From Alphaproteobacteria bacterium (lineage in GTDB: Bacteria > Pseudomonadota > Alphaproteobacteria > MPNO01 > UBA830): 64,000 nucleotides of DNA. The DNA is taken from contig OZ219790.1 in NCBI GenBank assembly GCA_964291215.2, positions 864,001 through 928,000 on the forward strand, written 5' to 3'. Positions within the stretch are counted from its first letter, which is position 1. Every line of letters starts with the position of its first letter. Shown piece after piece: positions 52,484 through 63,694 of the stretch. Position numbers and translations under genes: made by a program. The notes below the pieces were generated by a model, which had not been told where the DNA came from, ran no database searches, and saw only the letters and a list, made by a program, of their open reading frames with translations.

Positions 52484-54115
52484 AGTGCCTGCGAAAAAAT
52501 ATAAAATGACTTGATTTTTTTGGTGGAATCCTGATATGGAGGGGACGAATAATCCCGCTTTGGGGCGGGAATTGGCCGATCAGACCGGAAATCCGCCGGA
52601 TTTTCGGAAAACTTCGCGAGAATTGCCATGCGAAACGTCATCAGCCCGCAGCTGGAATTGGGCCAGGTTGCGATCGAGAAGATCGATCTCAGCGAAGACT
52701 CGCGAGATGACATGCGCGGGATTCAGCACGTGTATGCCGACCCGGCTGTTCAAGATCCTGGAGGAGGGAATTCTTCCGAGAATGTCCCGCAGGAAAGCGC
52801 GTCCCGGCACTGTGGAAGATCCTGGTGTCCTGAAGCAGGGCCCGGGGTATGACCTCGATCATCTGCACGAGTTGGTGAACGAGCCGGTTCGGAAGTTCCC
52901 GGACCACGGCGATATCCGGGACAACACGAGGTACAGCTATCGGACGGTGCTGGAGAACGTGAGCCATCTGACGCCGGAAGTGCTGGGGAAGGTATCGCAG
53001 CTGGTGGCGGAGAGCGGCCATGCGATGGTCCGCAAGAGCGGCGAGTACAAGAGCGGCAAGCGCAAGTCGGACGGTCCCTTGCGGGGCCGCTGCGATTCGT
53101 TCGTGGTGGAGTGCACTACCCGACGGACGTCAACCTGCTGTGGGATGCGATGCGTTGTCTGGTGCGCGGCCGCGCAGCCGTGCTCGCGGGGGTGGCGGCA
53201 GTGGCAGCATCGGAGCCGCGGGAAGCGCTTTCAGAAAAGACCCGGCGGCGGCGGATGGTACCTCGACGACAGCCGGGAGTTGGAGCGCAGGAGACGGTTC
53301 CGGTGCTTCGGGAGAAGGGCATCGGAGCCTTGAGGATTCTCAAGATCCAGTCGTACCTCAACCATGCCCGCCGACAGATCGACCAGGTGGACCGTCGCCT
53401 AAGGCGAGAAGATCCCGCAGGAAGAGAAGGTGTTTTCGATCTTCGAGGAGCGCTGGTGCGTGAAAGGCAAGTGCCGGTGGAACTCGGCGTGCCGGTGGCC
53501 GTTCTGGAGGATCAGCATGGCTTCCTCCTACACCACCGGATCCTGTGGGAAGGCAGTGACGTGGACCATGCCGTACCCATGATCCGGGAAGCACAGGCCC
53601 GCTTCCCGGATCTGCGCCTGTGCACGGGTTCCACAGCCCTCGGGTCGCACTGGACGAACTGCTGGACGCGCTTCCGAAGAAGGGAAAGCTTGGTCGGGCG
53701 GAACGGGAAGCTGAGACGACGTTCCGGGAGATGCGCCGACAGCATCCGGCCGTGGAGTCGGCGATCAACAATCTTGAGCAACGCGGCATGGACCGGATCC
53801 TGTGGGGCGGACGGCTTTGCGCGGATGGTGGCGCTGTCCATGGTCGCCTTCAATGTCCACCGCCTGCTGTTGCACAGACAGGCCCGACGACGACGAAAAC
53901 GCGCCGCCTGACGGCGGCGCCCCTCCACCCCACCCACCCGCCGAGAGCGGGAACGGAGCCGCTTGTCCGGCTTCTCGGCTGGAAGAGCCCTGATACCACT
54001 GCGAATCAGCAGGACCCCCCCCCCCCCCCCGAAAACGGGGCGGGACCCGGAAGGGCGATCAAACCAGAAATTTCGCCGGAATCTCAGCCAAAACAGCCAT
54101 TTTCGCGCGGGCACT
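52484..54115 (+). mobile_element. ISNCY/IS5-like element, decayed
   Basis: IRs AGTGCCTGCG / AGTGCCCGCG; SRDD, RCDSFVV, HYPTDVNLLWDA, PVELGVPV, RQHPAVESAINNLE. Confidence 0.75.
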
Positions 54116-54155
54116 AATTAACCAACGCACCCTTCCTGCACATGTGAGCAACGGA

Positions 54156-55442
54156 TCAGGGTGTCGCTGTTTCCAGGATGCGGGCGCAGTGTTTAGAACG
54201 TGCGTTCAATAACTCGATCATGCGCTGCAGAATCGGGTGATCGAGCCCGTTGGCGCGGGTGTCGTCAACGGTCTGGGCAAACGCGGCGGGCAACATTTCA
54301 GCCATGGTTCTTCCGATGTCAAGGATGTCGGCGGGCGGCAGGCGCGCTTCCGTTGCAAATCTCGCCCAATGGCGCGAGTGAACCTCCTCTAGCAGGTATT
54401 TCCCACCGATCTTGATGGCCATCTTCAGCTTCCTGAGATCTGCGTCGTAGGGCAACATGCTTGCCACATCGTAGAGAGGCGCGAGGCGCCCGCGACCTTG
54501 GGGGCCGATCAGCATGGAGAAGTTCTTTGCGTGCGCGTCGGTGCCGCCGATGATCCAGTTCAGCATGATGGCACGCGCGAAGGTCCGTGTATCGTCGCCG
54601 GGCTCTCCCGAGTGCGTCCGGATCGCTTCGCTCAGCTCGGCGCACCCGGGGCCGCCCTCATTCTGATATTTCTTCGTCGGGGGAAGCCCCAGGACCTGGC
54701 ACATGTCTTCCTGGTGAAGGCGACGGATCGATCCGGAGAACCTGATTCGGTCGTAGCGTTCCACGATGATTGCCGTTTCGCCCGCGAATCTGCGTACTTC
54801 CGAGCGTGCTGCGGGCAATCCGAGTGCCCGGGCCAGCGTCAGGCAAAGGTGTTCGTTTTCGGCGTGACCGTCGAGCCCGTCGATGGGCGGTTTCAGGATG
54901 TGGGTGGTTGGCGTTGGGCCGCTGGGCACCCCCCAGCGCTGACCGTCGAATAGAAGCGCCGTCTTTGGCTGCGCGCCGGCCAAGCTGAACTGGCCGGTAT
55001 CGTGCGCCATGCGCCACGCCGCTTGATCTTGTCTCAGAACACGCAGGCGTTCGGCGATATCGGTTTCGGTCAACCATTCGATCTGCTGGTCATTGTCCTG
55101 GAGAATATCATCGACCCTGTCCGGCCGTACCAGTTGGATGGCGCCGGGGCAGTCCTCGCCAACCGCACCGAGCAATGCAAATGCGTTGCGGGGCGATACA
55201 TGAAATCGCTGTCCCCAGCGGGCCAGGATGGCTTCATTGTCAGGAAGGAGGCCCCAGAGCCAAGGCTCGATCCTGACATGCTCATGTTGGGCAACTACGA
55301 GCGGCATCGAGAGGGAAAGCGGATAAGCTGCATCCATGAACCGCCAGCGGTCGTCGTAGACGAACAGGAGCCGGCCACGCCGGTCACACCGGATCTCTCC
55401 CATGGTCCGGCGGTCGGCAATCACGACCAAGATATCGGTCAT
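54156..55442 (-). CDS. hipA: HipA-family kinase toxin
   Basis: LSLSMP, GLLPD, FSLAGAQPK, THILKP, ENE, RLHQED, TDAHAKNFS, LAPLYD. Confidence 0.92.
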   Translation of the reverse strand: MTDILVVIADRRTMGEIRCDRRGRLLFVYDDRWRFMDAAYPLSLSMPLVVAQHEHVRIEPWLWGLLPDNEAILARWGQRFHVSPRNAFALLGAVGEDCPGAIQLVRPDRVDDILQDNDQQIEWLTETDIAERLRVLRQDQAAWRMAHDTGQFSLAGAQPKTALLFDGQRWGVPSGPTPTTHILKPPIDGLDGHAENEHLCLTLARALGLPAARSEVRRFAGETAIIVERYDRIRFSGSIRRLHQEDMCQVLGLPPTKKYQNEGGPGCAELSEAIRTHSGEPGDDTRTFARAIMLNWIIGGTDAHAKNFSMLIGPQGRGRLAPLYDVASMLPYDADLRKLKMAIKIGGKYLLEEVHSRHWARFATEARLPPADILDIGRTMAEMLPAAFAQTVDDTRANGLDHPILQRMIELLNARSKHCARILETATP

Positions 55443-55729
55443 TTTCGATCCGACCGGGCGGCTTTCACGATGGCATCGATATCGAGAGGCAATATGTCGT
55501 CGCTTGAGGGAAGCAGGTGATCGCCAGAATCGATCGTCAAGGGAAGGTTCAGGGCGGAAAGGGTGCGGAGAACCAGACCAAGCTCGGCACGGGGCTTGCC
55601 GTGCTCCATGGCCACGACCCATTGCCGTCCGACTCCCACCTTGCGGGCGAGTTCGGTTTGGCTCAACTTGAGCTTGCGGCGTCGGTCGCGAATTGTCAGA
55701 CCGAGGTCCAGCGGGGTTCGAATTTGCAT
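55439..55729 (-). CDS. hipB: HipB-like XRE antitoxin
   Basis: IRDRRRKLKLSQTELARKVGVGRQWVVAMEHGK HTH; overlaps hipA start. Confidence 0.88.
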   Translation of the reverse strand: MQIRTPLDLGLTIRDRRRKLKLSQTELARKVGVGRQWVVAMEHGKPRAELGLVLRTLSALNLPLTIDSGDHLLPSSDDILPLDIDAIVKAARSDRK

Positions 55730-55740
55730 GATGGCCCCAA

Positions 55741-55812
55741 TGTCGTCGAACGCCAACTATATATGAATGTCGTCGAACAAAGACAAGGCAAAAATATCTG
55801 CGTTCAACGACA
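55741..55812. promoter_or_regulatory. Three copies of TGTCGTYGAAC upstream of hipB, putative operators
   Basis: Direct copies at 55741-55751 and 55768-55778; inverted copy at 55802-55812. Confidence 0.6.
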
Positions 55813-55815
55813 CAT

Positions 55816-57613
55816 TAGGCCGAAGTTCCAGAGCCGATCAGACGTAAGTGCCTGATAGAAATCACATTCAATAAATTTCAGCGGTCTGGGTACACCAGGG
55901 CTTCACGCCCAAGGTACACTAGGCCGAATTTCCAGAGCCGATCAGTCCTAAGTATCTGATAGAAATGACATTCGATACATTTCAGCGGTCTCGGTACACT
56001 ATGGCTTCACGCCCAGGAGCTTGAATGCCCTTCTCTGGAGCGGCGTGGGCCATGTGGTGACCTGGAAGGGTTCGGCGCCCGCAAGGCGGGGCGCCACGGT
56101 GTTGCGGGTGGCAAGATCGCCGATGAGGGTGCGGAAGCTGTGCCCCCTCCGGGCGTCCTCTTCGTTGTCGCCTTGGCCCGGGCGCTCGCCGAGACTTCTG
56201 CCGGCGCCACAACGGACGGCCGCCTTCGGCATCCTCGTCGTCGAACAGCATGGGCTTCAGTCGCATGTGCCATTCGACGTAGTAGGCGAGCATGCACAGG
56301 AAGACGCGGACTCGGGGTTCGGGTAGACGGGACGGACCTTCAGGTCCTTGAGGCTGCGGAAGGCCCGTTCCACGGAGCTCAGCCGCTTGTAGGCGCGCGG
56401 GACCGTCGAGCTCGCTCTGCGGCAGGCGGACCACATAGAGGAGCCTGGCCTCGGCAGCGATCGCAGCCTCATCGCGCCCATAGGTGAAGACATCGTCATC
56501 GTCGATGGACCACGTGAAGTGCTTCGTCATCCTGCCGATGACCTTCCGCTCCCCGATCTTCCCGGCGCTTGTCGCGTCGCTGCGGCAATCGGTGCGAGCC
56601 TCGGTGGCCTCGAGCAGTTCCTGGCGCTTGCGAGCCCGATCCAGCAGGGGGTTGCGGCAGAGGCGTTCGCCGGGATACGCATTGCTGGTGATCTCCACCA
56701 GGTCCCTCTCGTCGAAGAGCGACATCGTCGCCGGCCTCCACCAGTGAACGGATGCCCCTCAAGGCGCTGGCCCGCAGGCTTGACCTCCTCGCGGGCCTCG
56801 GTCCCCCGGTCCCCCACCACCTTCGCAAAGGAGAACCGCTCCCGCAGCGTGGCGATCTGTGAGGACACCGTGGCCGGGTGTTGCCGGGGAACACCTGCAC
56901 CGACACCCGTCCCGGTCGCACAGAAGGCCAAACTCGATCTGCAGCTTGCCCTTCTTGCCATCCCGGGAATGACCCCGTTGGGCCAAGGGGCATGCTCTCC
57001 CCTCCATCCACACGGAAGTCAGGAGCACCAGGCAGCCCTCTTCGAGGTGCCGCCAGGGGATCCTCTCCTGACGTTCCAGGAGCCGTAGAGGGCATTCTCG
57101 TCCAACTCCGCATCTCACCCAAGGCGCTGACCGCTGTCGCCAGCCCCCTGGCCAGCTTCGAGGCGGGCTCAAGGATGCGTGCCACGATCATGGCGAGAAC
57201 CTGATCGCGCTCGGGAGAAGGCTTCGGGTCGATCCGCCGGTCCAGTTTCTTCAGGGTTCCCAGCACCGCGGCGACATGGGGAAGAGAGCGGACGAGGCGT
57301 CGTTGAGACCTGCGGTTCCTCCCTTGAGCAGAATGCGCAATCCCTCGATGAGAGCGGGCTTGGAAAGGTTGGCGAGGGTGCGCTTCTTGACCGTTCCGGC
57401 TTCGCGGCAGGACTCGCGGAGCAGGATGGCGGGCGGGGACGAGCGGTTGGGGATGGATTCGATATACATGGCTATAGGCGGCAAATCCATGGATGTCACG
57501 CATCTAACACAATATTACATGGGTACAATCTGACGCACGAAAAATCAGATAAACCACGCTACATCAATGATTTGACGTGCATTTTAAACGGAATTTTCTG
57601 GAACTTCGGATTA
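55816..57613 (-). mobile_element. IS1634-family element, decayed (copy 2), with duplicated right end
   Basis: MYIESIPNRSSPPAILLRES...KRTLANLS start; end TGGAACTTCGGATTAG; two ~100-bp end copies at 55816 and 55920. Confidence 0.85.
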
Positions 57614-57689
57614 GGGAGGGTTACGAAACCTCTCCTCACGGCGATCGTGATCGAGGGCAGCTGCGGTCAGCGCCCGATGGCTGTACCGC

Positions 57690-58175
57690 AGTACCGGCCA
57701 TCTCCGGCATGGACGATGGTGTCTCGGAAGGATGCATCAGAGCCTTGATCCGATCGACGATCTTCTGCGCGGGCCCGCACAGCTGGGCGATGGTCCGGTC
57801 GGCGGCGTACCCTTGGGTCACGTCGTTGGGGCGGGCGTGGTTGCCCAGCCGCTTGGTGAGCAAGGGGGGGCAGCATCAATTCGCGCTCGGCGACGGTGAT
57901 GAAGCTGTTGCGCAAGCCGTGGAACCAGAACTTAGCCTCGCCAACCTTGTCGATGCGGGCGTAGAGGTGGTGCGGGTCCTAGACATGGCGGGTGGCGCTG
58001 GTCGGGGATGGAAACATCCACTCGCGGACGCCCTCGGGCAAATCCACGGCGGCGGCCTGGCGGCGTTCGAGAATGGCTGTGAGCTGATTGGTGATGGGAA
58101 GTTCCACCCCCGTCTTGGTTTCCTCGACGCGGAAGGTGAGCGCGTCCATGTTGACCCGCTCCCAGCGGAGCAAGA
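57690..58175 (-). pseudogene. Tyrosine recombinase C-terminal remnant
   Basis: LRWERV, ETKTG, HGLRNSF, LGNH, TQGY fragments with frameshifts. Confidence 0.75.
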
Positions 58176-58302
58176 TGATCTTACGCTAAATTCTGTTTGA
58201 TTTTTCGTAACTGCCCAGGTCTGCTTCCGGCGATCAGCCACGGGTTATGGACTGAAGCTTCCGGTCTGCTGCCGCGGACGCGGAGGCGAGCGGCGGGGGA
58301 TT

Positions 58303-59700
58303 TCAGAGGCGCAGTCTCGGGATCAGCTGCATGGGATCGGGATGCGCCAGGGTTTCGAGGACATTCCAGCGTTGCTTTCGGGCTGTTGCGATGACGGAAC
58401 GCAGGCTGGCGAAGTCGCGGGCGCCTTGCATTGATCGGAAGCCGCCCGAGATTTTCTGGCGCAGCTTGCCCATGCGGAGGTCGCGCTCGGCCTGGTTGTT
58501 CGAGAAGGGGGTTCTCGGGTCGGTGAGGAAGCGCAGGCAGCCCTCCTTGTATTTCTGGAGCCGGAGGGCGAGGTTGTGACCGATGCGGCGCTTTTGTCGT
58601 CCGTGCTTTCCGCTCTGGAGGGGCGCCCTCTCTTCGTGAGAGGCGATGGCCTGCTCAAGGATGCGGTCCCAGGCTCGGGAGATGCGGGCCACCAGTGAAG
58701 CGGGCAGGTCGCGGTCATTCTTGCGGGCGAAGCGGGCGGCTCTGTTGGCACGGCTGAGGAGCCGGTGCGTGGTGGCTGCCCAGTTCTCGATCTCGATCAG
58801 GGCTTGGAGTTCGCGCAGGTGATGGGCATTGCAGGCCCCGTGGCGCACGCCTTGGAGAGCGAAGTAGGTGGCGTAGTCGTCATGGATGACGATGCCGTTG
58901 AGCTTCTCGTCGATGTGGCTGCGCCCGGCGGCGATGCGCAGGATGGTCAGCAACGGGGTGCACAGTACGTGGAGCCATTGGGTCCGGGCGGCGATGCGGA
59001 TGCCGGTCTCGTCGAGGTGTTTGACCGGGGCCGCGGTGCGGATGATCTCGCCGACACGGTCGAGGAAGCCCTCGAAGCGCCGGGCGGTGCGTCTGCCCAT
59101 GGCGGCGATGGTGGCGGTTGAGAGCCTGACCGCGAAGAGGTCGCTCATGACTTCGGCGACGCGCTTCTCCGGAATGAACTGCGCGTGCAGCAGGTAGGTC
59201 ACCCACGCGGTGATACGCGGCCCGTACTGGACCGGGGCGCCGTTCGGGAAGACGGCTGTCGTCACGGTGCCGCAGGCGGCACAGAGGCAGCGGTGCTCGG
59301 TGACCTGCGGTTCGGGCACATCGAAGACCTGCCGGCAGACGGGGGCTCCGTGACGCTCAGCGGCCGACAGCGGCGCGCCGCAGCCCGCACAGGCGCAGGG
59401 ATCATGATCGACGACGTGGTCGGGCGTCGCGGTCCGCTCCAGAGTGGTTCCCTTGTGGCTGGCCGCCGCCTGTCGGACGTGCCGCGCCGGGTGCGCTGGG
59501 GTCCGCTCTTCTTCTTCAGACCGTCGCTGGCCGGCGACCGGGAGCTGGTGGTGCTGTCGAGCGCGGCACTGCGCTCGAGTTCGGCAATCCGCTCGCGCAA
59601 GTGGGCGTTCTCCCGCTCCAGCGCGTCGTTCTCCCTGACCAGCGCCGCGCTCAGGCGCAGCAGCCCCTGGCCCGGATGGCTTTGATGACCGTCATCGCCA
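58303..59700 (-). pseudogene. IS66 transposase TnpC, frameshifted in the 5' part
   Basis: LDSTTSSRSPASDG, VQYGP, HLDETG, HDDY, CNAHHLREL, FSNNQAERDLRMGK..QKISGGFRS. Confidence 0.88.
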
Positions 59701-59773
59701 GGCATTGTGGGGTGAAAAGGTCCTGCAGGCACGCAAAAGCCTCGTCGTGGCCGGCGAGGTCCTCGCGCCACCG

Positions 59774-60433
59774 TCACGGGACCTCGACGGCCATGATCGC
59801 GGCCAGCACCGCCAGGCGTTCGCCCGCCGGCATGGCCTCGTAGAGCCGGCCCCAGTTGGCCGCCTTGCGCTTGATGCGCTGGCGGTCGGTGAAGTTCCGG
59901 CCGGCGAAGCGCGCCCAGTGCACCCGGTCGGGCGCGAAGTTGAACCACACCACCTCGGTCCGCACCCGGGCCTGGGTCGTCACCTGCAGCGCCAGCCGGC
60001 GCCAGCCCGACAGCAGGTCGTCATAGAGCGCAGACGGGTGGCCCGAGACCATCACCTGGCAGGGCAGACCCTTGAGCAGCTCAAGCAGCGCGACGTGGTC
60101 GGCCTCCGCATACTCGAAGCGGTAGCGCTGCGACGAACGCCGGGTCGCGTGCAGATAGGGCGGATCGCTGTAGACCAGCTCCGGGCCCAGAAACGCAAAC
60201 GACGCCAGAAAGGAGTGGGCGCAGCCATGCACCAACTCCACCGGGTAGTCGCAGCCAAAGGCCTCAAGCGCCCGCTCATCGAGGTCGATCCCGATCGAGC
60301 GCACGGCAGCAGGCTTGCGCTTCATCAGCGCACCGCCCCCCAGGTGACTCTCGATATAGACAGAGTGCGGCGGCATCAGCGCAATCAGCGCCTGGCTCAG
60401 ACCCGTCGTCGCCTTCGATCCGAAATACCCCAC
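59774..60433 (-). CDS. Small Dam-like (alpha-class/D12) DNA adenine methyltransferase
   Basis: GTG start after GGAGG; YFGSK (motif X), ESHLGGGA (motif I), GIDLD, YSDPPY (motif IV), MVSG, TEVVW. Confidence 0.85.
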   Translation of the reverse strand: MGYFGSKATTGLSQALIALMPPHSVYIESHLGGGALMKRKPAAVRSIGIDLDERALEAFGCDYPVELVHGCAHSFLASFAFLGPELVYSDPPYLHATRRSSQRYRFEYAEADHVALLELLKGLPCQVMVSGHPSALYDDLLSGWRRLALQVTTQARVRTEVVWFNFAPDRVHWARFAGRNFTDRQRIKRKAANWGRLYEAMPAGERLAVLAAIMAVEVP

Positions 60434-62039
60434 CAGCCGCTCCTCCCATGCGAGAGGGCAACCCATAGGCGCGCGCGCCTATGCAGTCAAGGCCGAGAGC
60501 AGCGACACGGCGAACAAAATCAGCAAGCTCTCTCACTTGGCAGGGTACCTGGGTAGTTACGATTTTTCAAGGCAGCACTTGGGTTTTGCGGGGGCGCGGG
60601 TCGGTGCGGGAGATTTTTTACAGTTTTCGCTGACTTTTCTGCACTAGAGTTGTCATGGTGCGGGGATGTCGGTTCACAAGCACAGCGCGTCCTGCCCGAT
60701 TCACGTCGCAGCTCCGGAAGGGTCTGTCCGAGCATCCATGTTTCCTGGCAAGGTTTTGGCGGGTGTCTGCGGTGATGTTTTCTGTGGCTGTCCACAAGCG
60801 GTGTGGGATTTGCTCTGCGAGCGAGGCGACATGAAGCTTGTGGTCCCGGCGGCGGGTTGCCGTCCATTGGTCACGTGAACGCGGCTACCTTGCCGTCCCC
60901 GGGCATGGTAACGTGACCATCCGGGTTCCAGGTGTCCCAAGGCGGTTCGATCTCCTCGATGTCGGCCTCGACGATGATCTGCAGATGTTCTCCCCAAGCC
61001 GTGTCGTAGAGGGAGACTGTCGAGACAGTCCCGATCGCGCTCTCGGCAGAGCCGTGTCTCCTTCGCTCACTCACCGGTGCTTCAGGCAACGCTGCTGTCG
61101 CAGCAAGGTGTTCGCCAGAGCTTGCGCATCACGGCGACAATCGCGACCTTGCTTGCCGGCAGTCTTGAGGCGCACCAGGTCCGCGTTGAAGCGTGCCGGT
61201 TGCGGCCAGGAGATCGCTTGGCCTTCGGCGCCCGCCACGGATGTGCCGAGCACCGTGGTCGTTGGCGCCACCCCGATCAAGGCTGCCGACGCTGCCGAGT
61301 TCGGGCATCCAGAAGGGCCGCGGCGGTCACCGGATCGAGGTCAGAATGGTGTACCTCTGCTCGGGATCACCGGCGATCACCGCTTTGATCGCCGCACCGG
61401 CGATCATCGAGATCGGCCGCCGAGGCCCTTGTGACGGTCTCGCCATCCACCTCATCTGCCACGCGTCGACAAGCGCGCCACCAGGAGATCCTCCAGGCTC
61501 TTGAAGAAGGCGGAGCCACAGGCTCAAGATCGCCCAGCCGATCTTGGCGTCGACGCGGTTGGCCCATCGCCTCGGCGAAGCGCCCGCAACGGGTTGACGA
61601 GAACAACCTCGAAGCCCCGGTCATGAAGACACTGGTGAACCTTGCGGTGATAGCGGCCTGTCGCCCACCACCCGGCTCACCCCGAGGCCGCGAAGCCACC
61701 TGCCCGTGGCGTCGTTCGCAAAACAATGCGCCAGATGTCCAGACTGGCTGACCCCTGCTACTACCTTGACCATCGTCCCTTGCTCCTCGCCTTGTGATGA
61801 TACGGGTTCAAACCCAGGCATCCAGCGAGGGACGTCAAGGGAGGTTGCCAAACTCGGTTGCGGCTCTGTCAAGGTCGAAACGGCAACCTTCGCGGAGATC
61901 GTTTGATCCCCTGTGCGTGTTCGCTCAGGGGAGCGGAATCTCTCTGCAACCATAGCTCTCCCACAGATCCACATTTTCCCGCCCCCAACCGCTGTGGATG
62001 ATTTCATCATCAAGGGGACAAAACCTAGTCATATAAGGT

Positions 62040-63370
62040 CGAGGTTCGCGAAGCCCGAGGAGCATCCGCTGCGTTGATGGACGACTATCTCGGGTTTCGC
62101 CGTCTGGCGGGGCTGCGCTATATTGCGTCCTTCAGGGGGCAGTGGCTGGCGGCGTGACGGGGCCTTCAAGTGCCGCGACCGGTGGCTGGAAGCCGAAGCA
62201 GCAGTGGCTTGATCTGACAACACGCGACTGCTTGCGGCGCCGGGAACGTTTCCGAACCTTGCCTCCTTCTTTCTTGCGACGCGGCGGCTGGCCGACGATT
62301 GGGCCTACGGCCACCAGGTGGCGGAGACGTTCTGCGATCCGGCGCGTTTTGCGGGCACAAGGCGGCGGGCTGGTGTGCCAAGGGGTTTGCCCGCGGGCGC
62401 TACACCGACCCCCATGGTAAGGAGATTTTCGTTGTGCGGCGCGACGGCTGCTGTCGCAGGCGCTGCGGTAGCGCCGCCTGCCTCCTCGCTCCCCGGGGTT
62501 CCGAGGTGATGCGTTCGCTGCACGAAGAGTTGGCGGCGATCGAGGACTTCCGCCGCGCAGGAAGCACACGGTGTGCTCACGTTCTCGCCGAGCTTGCGAA
62601 CATGAAAGGCTGCCTCGCAGCTGCGCAGTTTGCGCGGTCGCTGTCTCAGGACGAGGCCATCGGCGGAACCCGAGGACGGAGCTGCGCGAGCCGCCCTCCA
62701 AGGCGACCCTCCACCGGGCAGTCGATCGACCCCGAGGCGCTTGAGGATGTACTCGGCCGCGGCCGCGGGCTCGCCCGAGCGCTTGCCGCCGACGGCAAGC
62801 GCATCCGCGGCGCCAACGGCCACCACGAGACCGTGGCTCTCACGCCTCCGGCGCACTCTTCGCGCTGTTGAATTTCGACGACGGTGAGCTGGCGGCCACC
62901 TCCTCGAGCGCACCGATGTCCGCGGCAAGGTGATCACCCGCACGACGCCGGCGGCGCTGATCACCCGGCGCTGCGGCGCAGACTATGTCTTCTCGGTCAA
63001 AGGCAATGCGCCCGAAACCTTCGACATCCTCGACGGCATCGACTGGGAGCCAGCGGCCGCTTCAAGGAAGAGTAAGGCCCGCCTCGAGCAGCGCGTGCCG
63101 CTCAAGGGCTTGATCAACTACCCGGCCAGATCGCCCGCATCAAGCGCTACCGTGAGCCGCTGGGAAAGAGCGCCAGCGGCGCAGCGAGCGGCAACGACTG
63201 TACATCATCACCTCGCTCGATGCGCAACACGCGTCGCCAGAGGAACTGCTGCGGCCGCGGGCCGTGGAAAACATGAACCACCGATACTGCGTCTTCGGCG
63301 AGGACGCCTGCCTGACCCGCAAACCGCGCCAGCCTCGATAACATCGCGCTCGCGGTGATCTTCCCGACGC
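62040..63370 (+). pseudogene. DUF4338 (DruA-like) domain followed by ISAs1 transposase, decayed
   Basis: LMD.YLGFRRLAGLRYIASFRGQWLA, ETFCDPARFAGT; then DFRR, ADGKRIRGA, DYVFSVKGNAP, VFGED. Confidence 0.7.
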
Positions 63371-63694
63371 GAGAACCTCGCCGAAACACGGCTGCAGCTC
63401 GACCGCCGGGAAGCCGTCGCAGCTCTGATTCGGCCCTGAGCGCCAATGGCGTCCGGCCGATTCCCAGACGCCGCCCACAACCCGCCTACATCCCGAAAAC
63501 AACCCGCCCACGCGCCGGCAACGCCGACGACGACGACCGCGGACGGCCCCGAAGCCAGAAAACCCGGCACGCCGTGAAACCTCCGGACAGCAGAAGACAG
63601 CAAAATTGAATGCAGCATGGGAAACACCTGGGTAGCCGCCGGTCCGCGCACGAATCCCCTTGCGACAGCCTGACCTCGCGCAACTCCGGTCCGC

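Larger units (their letters stand above)
58207..60560 (-). mobile_element. IS66-family element carrying a DNA adenine methyltransferase (best-preserved copy)
   Basis: IRs GTAACTGCCCAGGT / GTAACTACCCAGGT; 8-bp TSD GATTTTTC at 58199-58206 and 60561-60568. Confidence 0.92.

Noticed and set aside
60570-62000. Possible coding region right of the IS66 element
   Set aside because: Only short ORFs with no motif I can recognise; left unannotated.
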